From contig JBGSUI010000167.1 in the NCBI GenBank assembly GCA_041736175.1, positions 1 through 11,036 of the forward strand: a DNA stretch of 11,036 nt, read 5' to 3'. Source of the DNA: Oligoflexales bacterium. Its GTDB lineage: Bacteria > Bdellovibrionota_B > Oligoflexia > Oligoflexales > CAIYRB01. Below are positions 7,224-11,036 of this stretch, in pieces. Position 1 is the first letter of the stretch, and each line of letters starts with the position of its first letter. A program made the translations under genes and the position numbers. Below the pieces are notes generated by a model. That model saw nothing but the letters and a program-made list of their open reading frames with translations, searched no databases and had not been told where the DNA came from.

Positions 7224-8201
7224 TTAAGCTAAAAACCGTGTCTTTTCCGCGGGACTAGGAATCCGACAGGTAGGGCTTTTTCCAAAAAAGCGGTAGCGTC
7301 GGGATGCGATCCAGCGATACACCACGTCTCGTAGCACTGGGGGGATGATTTTGAAAATCCATAAAAACCACCAAACCCCGCCCAAATGGATCCCAATCCT
7401 GAGGATAGCCTCTGAGCGTTGGTAGACCTGGCCATCGGCCCAAAACAGGACCGTATCCAGTGTCTGGCTCCCGGCGGCGAGATGGGTTTTAGCGGTGTCA
7501 CCCTGAAGTGATGCAAAGCGCAGGTTAGAGTCGAAGTCCTCTCCCACCAGCCAGCTTACAAAGCCGTTGCATAAGTTACAGACACCATCAAAAAAGATGA
7601 CGGGCTTTTGCTGGGATTTTTTTGGCGGTATCCAACGCGGGTCAAAAGTCAGCAGGTGGAGCACAATCATTCCTATTGTACTTGCCGCATGTGAGTCTCC
7701 TAAACTCAATGATACGAGATTAGCCAGTTGGCTCACCAAATAGATCAGCCACACAAACCATCTTGTTTTTCTAAAAAAACAAAGGGGGGCGAAGATAAGA
7801 CCTAAGGTGGATCCACTAAGACCATATCCTAGAGCCAAAAGGAACCACCCAAAGTAAAAAATCCACGGTGGAAAGGTCCACTCGCTTATGTTGGTCTTAA
7901 AGGAAACCTTCGGAACAAAAGCAGTCCCTAACATCACAGCACTCACAGCAAGACTGCTGCTCGTGGCGACCGAAAGATCTTGACCCCATAGAAAAGCGGA
8001 TCCACAGGCAAGAACCACAGAAAGCCATGGCTTTTGGATACCCCATCCAAAACCCATGGCGCCTATGCTGAGAGCTACCAAGGTCAGAGTCAACCACCAT
8101 GGGTCTCCACGATCCAGTCTTAGCAAACAGGAGCCGGCCAGGTAGATTCCCAGAAACCCCCGAAAGATTAGGTAAGAAGTGGGAGAGGCTAGCCTAGTCA
8201 C
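7224..8201 (-). CDS. Multi-pass membrane domain fused to a DCC1-like (DUF393) thiol-disulfide oxidoreductase (325 aa)
   Basis: C-terminal FFDGVCNLCNGFV (DxxCxxC), RFASLQ, RSEAIL, RDVVYRWIASRRYRFFGK..C. N-terminal ~190 aa are strongly hydrophobic. Confidence 0.88.
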   Translation of the reverse strand: MTRLASPTSYLIFRGFLGIYLAGSCLLRLDRGDPWWLTLTLVALSIGAMGFGWGIQKPWLSVVLACGSAFLWGQDLSVATSSSLAVSAVMLGTAFVPKVSFKTNISEWTFPPWIFYFGWFLLALGYGLSGSTLGLIFAPLCFFRKTRWFVWLIYLVSQLANLVSLSLGDSHAASTIGMIVLHLLTFDPRWIPPKKSQQKPVIFFDGVCNLCNGFVSWLVGEDFDSNLRFASLQGDTAKTHLAAGSQTLDTVLFWADGQVYQRSEAILRIGIHLGGVWWFLWIFKIIPPVLRDVVYRWIASRRYRFFGKSPTCRIPSPAEKTRFLA

Positions 8202-8286
8202 AGGTTTCCTTGTTTGGCGTAGAATGGGTAAACAGGGACGACGCCACGGGAGACTCTATCAGGGATATGAGGTGGCGGCCAGTAAG

Positions 8287-8327
8287 GAGATGAGTGGTGG
8301 GCATCAAATATAAACTGCCACTCACTC
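8287..8327. terminator. Imperfect stem-loop just downstream of the 8334..9401 gene
   Basis: TGAGTGGTGG (8291-8300) can pair with CTGCCACTCA (8315-8324). No clear U-tract on the minus strand. Confidence 0.3.
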
Positions 8328-8333
8328 AATGTT

Positions 8334-9401
8334 TTATTTTTTTGTGGTTGCTGGAGTGGTTGCTGGTTTGGGCAACTCGATTTGCTGAGCCTTAAGAATA
8401 CCCTCTATCACGTTTGCCCCATTCTTGGCTTGCCATTTGGGACTCTGATCCTTGCCGGTAAACGTCACCTTACCATTCCATTGATTGATCTCAAACTCAA
8501 TGGCACCACTTTCAAAGTACTTAGCCGACGTGGTTCCCTTAACTCCTACTAACTGTAGTTTGCTATATTGGTTTAACGATTCTTCACCAGGCTTGTCCCA
8601 AACCATAGATTTGATATGAACACAATCACTGTAGGATTCGACATCATCCTCGTGGCTCCCTTCACAGGCTCCTCCCTTTGATCCCATGGTGGCGGAAATG
8701 GACCGATATTTTCTCTGGCCGCCATTCGACCCCGGAGCAGCGTACTCTGCATCGATCTTTATCTGACTCATGTTCCTTGATGAGAATGTACCAGTCGCAC
8801 CGAGGGCTTTTGGCAGCAGTGCCCCTATATCAGCCACTTTTTTACCTTGGAATTCAGTACCATCTCCGGTATATCGATCCAAATAAAAGGCTCCAAAGAC
8901 CGTCATCTTGAAGGTTGTTATAGCCATCTGGCCATCCTGTTTTTGCAGGCAAGGCATCAAGTCTAAGGAACCTTGATAAGTTACCCAATGGTCCTTATAT
9001 GAGATGGGAAGCTCTTTCAATTTTTGGCTGTTGCAGTCTGTTTCGGCTGTTTCGGAGTTTTTTGCCGCATCCATTGCTTCTGCGTTTAGTGTATTTTCCG
9101 GAAAAAATGCTGATTCCGATTGGATAACACTTCCTATATTTTGGCTCTCCTCGGCCACTAAATTATCCGGTTTCTTAAGCTCTTCAGCAGTTAGAAATCC
9201 AGAAGGGAAATTAGGATTTTTTTGAACATCTTCAGCTACGCTTTTTGCGTCCTTTGGTTTTTCCTTTTTTTTTGTGGTACCACACCCGAAGTTTGGCCAG
9301 CCCATAAGACAGATACAGAGAAGCATTCCTTGTGTGCTCTTAGATCCTGCTATGTTACGGTTAGCGAGCCTGTTCTTAGCTTTTGAATTTAACTTAATCA
9401 T
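8334..9401 (-). CDS. Hypothetical lipoprotein (355 aa)
   Basis: AGGAAAGGA RBS. Basic N-terminus, short hydrophobic stretch, NFGC lipobox-like site and Lys-rich linker. Beta-rich body with several Cys. Confidence 0.75.
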   Translation of the reverse strand: MIKLNSKAKNRLANRNIAGSKSTQGMLLCICLMGWPNFGCGTTKKKEKPKDAKSVAEDVQKNPNFPSGFLTAEELKKPDNLVAEESQNIGSVIQSESAFFPENTLNAEAMDAAKNSETAETDCNSQKLKELPISYKDHWVTYQGSLDLMPCLQKQDGQMAITTFKMTVFGAFYLDRYTGDGTEFQGKKVADIGALLPKALGATGTFSSRNMSQIKIDAEYAAPGSNGGQRKYRSISATMGSKGGACEGSHEDDVESYSDCVHIKSMVWDKPGEESLNQYSKLQLVGVKGTTSAKYFESGAIEFEINQWNGKVTFTGKDQSPKWQAKNGANVIEGILKAQQIELPKPATTPATTKK

Positions 9402-10054
9402 GTTTGAAAGATCCTTTCCTTAAAGTGTTTAAAGAATAAAAATTAGTCACAAAATCAAAACATTCAATGAATTATTTAAGCATGATTTATACCAAGTATA
9501 GAAAATGATCTAACTAGCTATTAAAATTAAAAAATATTAATGAGTATAAATCTAAAATTGTTTGTTTTGAAACATAGCTGTAATCTTTAGCACACAATGA
9601 TTGTGTTCTGTGCCATATTCGAGATATAGAGTTTTTAAAATTGACTAAACTCTATACATAGCGATAGCACTTGGCATCGGTGCTACGAGAGAGGCTGAGT
9701 CTAGCCTGATCACATGATTCCTAGTTTGGGGTGAGTCGATCCACCTGTAAATACCTGAGAATTGCTTATTAAGCATCCAATATAAATATAATTTTTTGAA
9801 TTTCTTGAACGTGGACCGTAACTTGCATGTGTATCGCCGGGGGGGATTTCTTGCTTCCACGAGGGTGATTTACCTTGTCCAAGGGAAGGGGCATAAAGGG
9901 GCGTCTTCTGAGCATCTAACAAAAAACATATATAGGTTTATTCTTCTTGACGAGTCAATTTAAAAATGTTATTTATCCGCCGATGATTAAATTTTTATTA
10001 GTTATATTTAGTTTAATAGAAAATATGGTTAATTTTTTATTTGAGGTTTTTCTG

Positions 10055-10747
10055 ATGGATCTATACAAAGAAAGCTGGGAGCTGTACAAAGGCCACTCTT
10101 CAAAATTTACAGATGATTTTCAGTATTATGCGGATTTTTGCAAGCAAAACCCAACACTTGAACTCTTTGCTGGTTATGGACGGTTAACAAATTTTTTGGC
10201 AGCTCAAGGTATCGACATTGAAAGTGTTGAGCTATCTCCCGATTTTTCTGCACACATACAGATTCCCGAAGAAAAGAGGCATTTAGGAGATGTCACAGAA
10301 TTTAGATTAGATAAAAAATTCAGGCGTATTATTGCAGGATATAATTCGTTTTGTCTTATTACTGATCCAAAATTGATAGCTAAATTTTTTAGGAATGTAG
10401 CTGCACTGCTCGTGCCAAATGGTCGGGCTTCATTTAGCTACTATCACCCAGATGCATGGAAGAGCGCTACAGGTGACGATTTTATCTATAAGAATGAAAT
10501 CGTCACCTATGATCCATCACACGATTTATCGCAAAGAGACGCGAAACATGGCGTGTGGATTGACCGATATAAATATCAAAACCAAACAATCACTTTCGAT
10601 TATCCCGTGAGGATCTATGAATCAGAAATAGACCTTGTGCCATTTCTTAAGGATACAAATCTTAAAATAATAGACGTGATTTACAACTATAACAACAGCG
10701 AGATATCGGAGGACGGATGGCAAGAGTATATCTTACAAAAATTTTAG
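10055..10747 (+). CDS. Class I SAM-dependent methyltransferase (230 aa; start re-assigned to ATG 10055)
   Basis: Motif I LELFAGYGRL, VELSPD, GDVTEF and LLVPNGR. GAGG RBS at 10043-10046. Confidence 0.88.
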   Translation: MDLYKESWELYKGHSSKFTDDFQYYADFCKQNPTLELFAGYGRLTNFLAAQGIDIESVELSPDFSAHIQIPEEKRHLGDVTEFRLDKKFRRIIAGYNSFCLITDPKLIAKFFRNVAALLVPNGRASFSYYHPDAWKSATGDDFIYKNEIVTYDPSHDLSQRDAKHGVWIDRYKYQNQTITFDYPVRIYESEIDLVPFLKDTNLKIIDVIYNYNNSEISEDGWQEYILQKF

Positions 10748-10950
10748 GTATTTGCTCACTCTTATGTTCGACAGTATCCCTTGGTTTTCCCGAGGATATA
10801 AGGGTTTTATCTTGGTTTGGATATATTAAAAAAGATGCAGAGGTTGCTAGAATTGAAAAAAAATGTAACGTAAATATCTCGGTTGATGAATTTTACACAA
10901 ATGAAGAGAGTCTTATCCGAAGCGCCCACCCAAAGACCAATTTTGGTTGA
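10717..10950 (+). pseudogene. Truncated PotD/PotF-like extracellular solute-binding protein
   Basis: Signal peptide then IRVLSWFGYI...IEKKCNVNISVDEFYTNEE, the typical N-terminus of this family. It stops after only 77 aa, and similarity ends where the inverted repeat at 10911 begins. Confidence 0.65.
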
Positions 10951-11036
10951 TTTTTGAAAATGAGATCGAATCCCCCGTAACCGTGGGCGGTTTGGATAAG
11001 AGCCCAATGAACTAAGCGCGCGAGCACAAAGCTATG
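10908..11036 (+). mobile_element. Probable non-coding end of an insertion sequence, IS110-family-like (partial)
   Basis: Abrupt rise in GC and interruption of a CDS. 19-nt inverted repeat 10911-10929 / 10983-11001. The stretch GAATCCCCCGTAACCGTGGGCGG...AAGAGCCC...TAAGC...AAAGCTATG resembles IS110 leaders as I recall them. No transposase is visible in the window. Confidence 0.45.

Noticed and set aside
9679..9712. TPP riboswitch (GGTGC...GCTGAG...CCTGATC-like words)
   Set aside because: The P2 3' strand and the downstream TAAT..C.GCG.AGG elements are missing, spacing is too short, and no thiamine gene is adjacent.
9645..9922. Short ORFs 9645..9860 and 9710..9922, and other <125-aa ORFs nested in or antisense to larger genes
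   Set aside because: No recognisable motifs. Most overlap better-supported CDSs, and they are consistent with chance ORFs.
3418..10747. Restriction-modification pairing of the nuclease with the SET or class I methyltransferase
   Set aside because: Neither methyltransferase shows DNA-MTase catalytic motifs (no DPPY/NPPY or PCQ), and both lie outside the repeat-bounded insert.

Overview
Bacterial accessory region. The AgmX/PglI-type lipoprotein and orphan lipoproteins suggest a Bdellovibrionota/Oligoflexia- or myxobacteria-like host (inference only). Left to right: the start of an IS1634-like transposase running off the left edge; an orphan lipoprotein; a Coq4-family + TetR operon; an AgmX/PglI C-terminal-domain lipoprotein; a ~2.6 kb insert carrying an overlapping three-gene operon (~365, 150, 198 aa, the last a PD-(D/E)xK nuclease); a SET-domain gene divergent from a DTW-domain tRNA-modifying gene; a membrane-domain/DCC thiol-disulfide oxidoreductase fusion; another lipoprotein; a class I SAM methyltransferase; and a PotD-like binding-protein gene cut short by a structured, IS110-like non-coding end at the right edge. 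The most notable structure is the nuclease operon, a candidate anti-phage system. It has no integrase and sits between two 215-bp, ~89% identical direct repeats built from the convergent 3' ends of the AgmX-like and SET genes.
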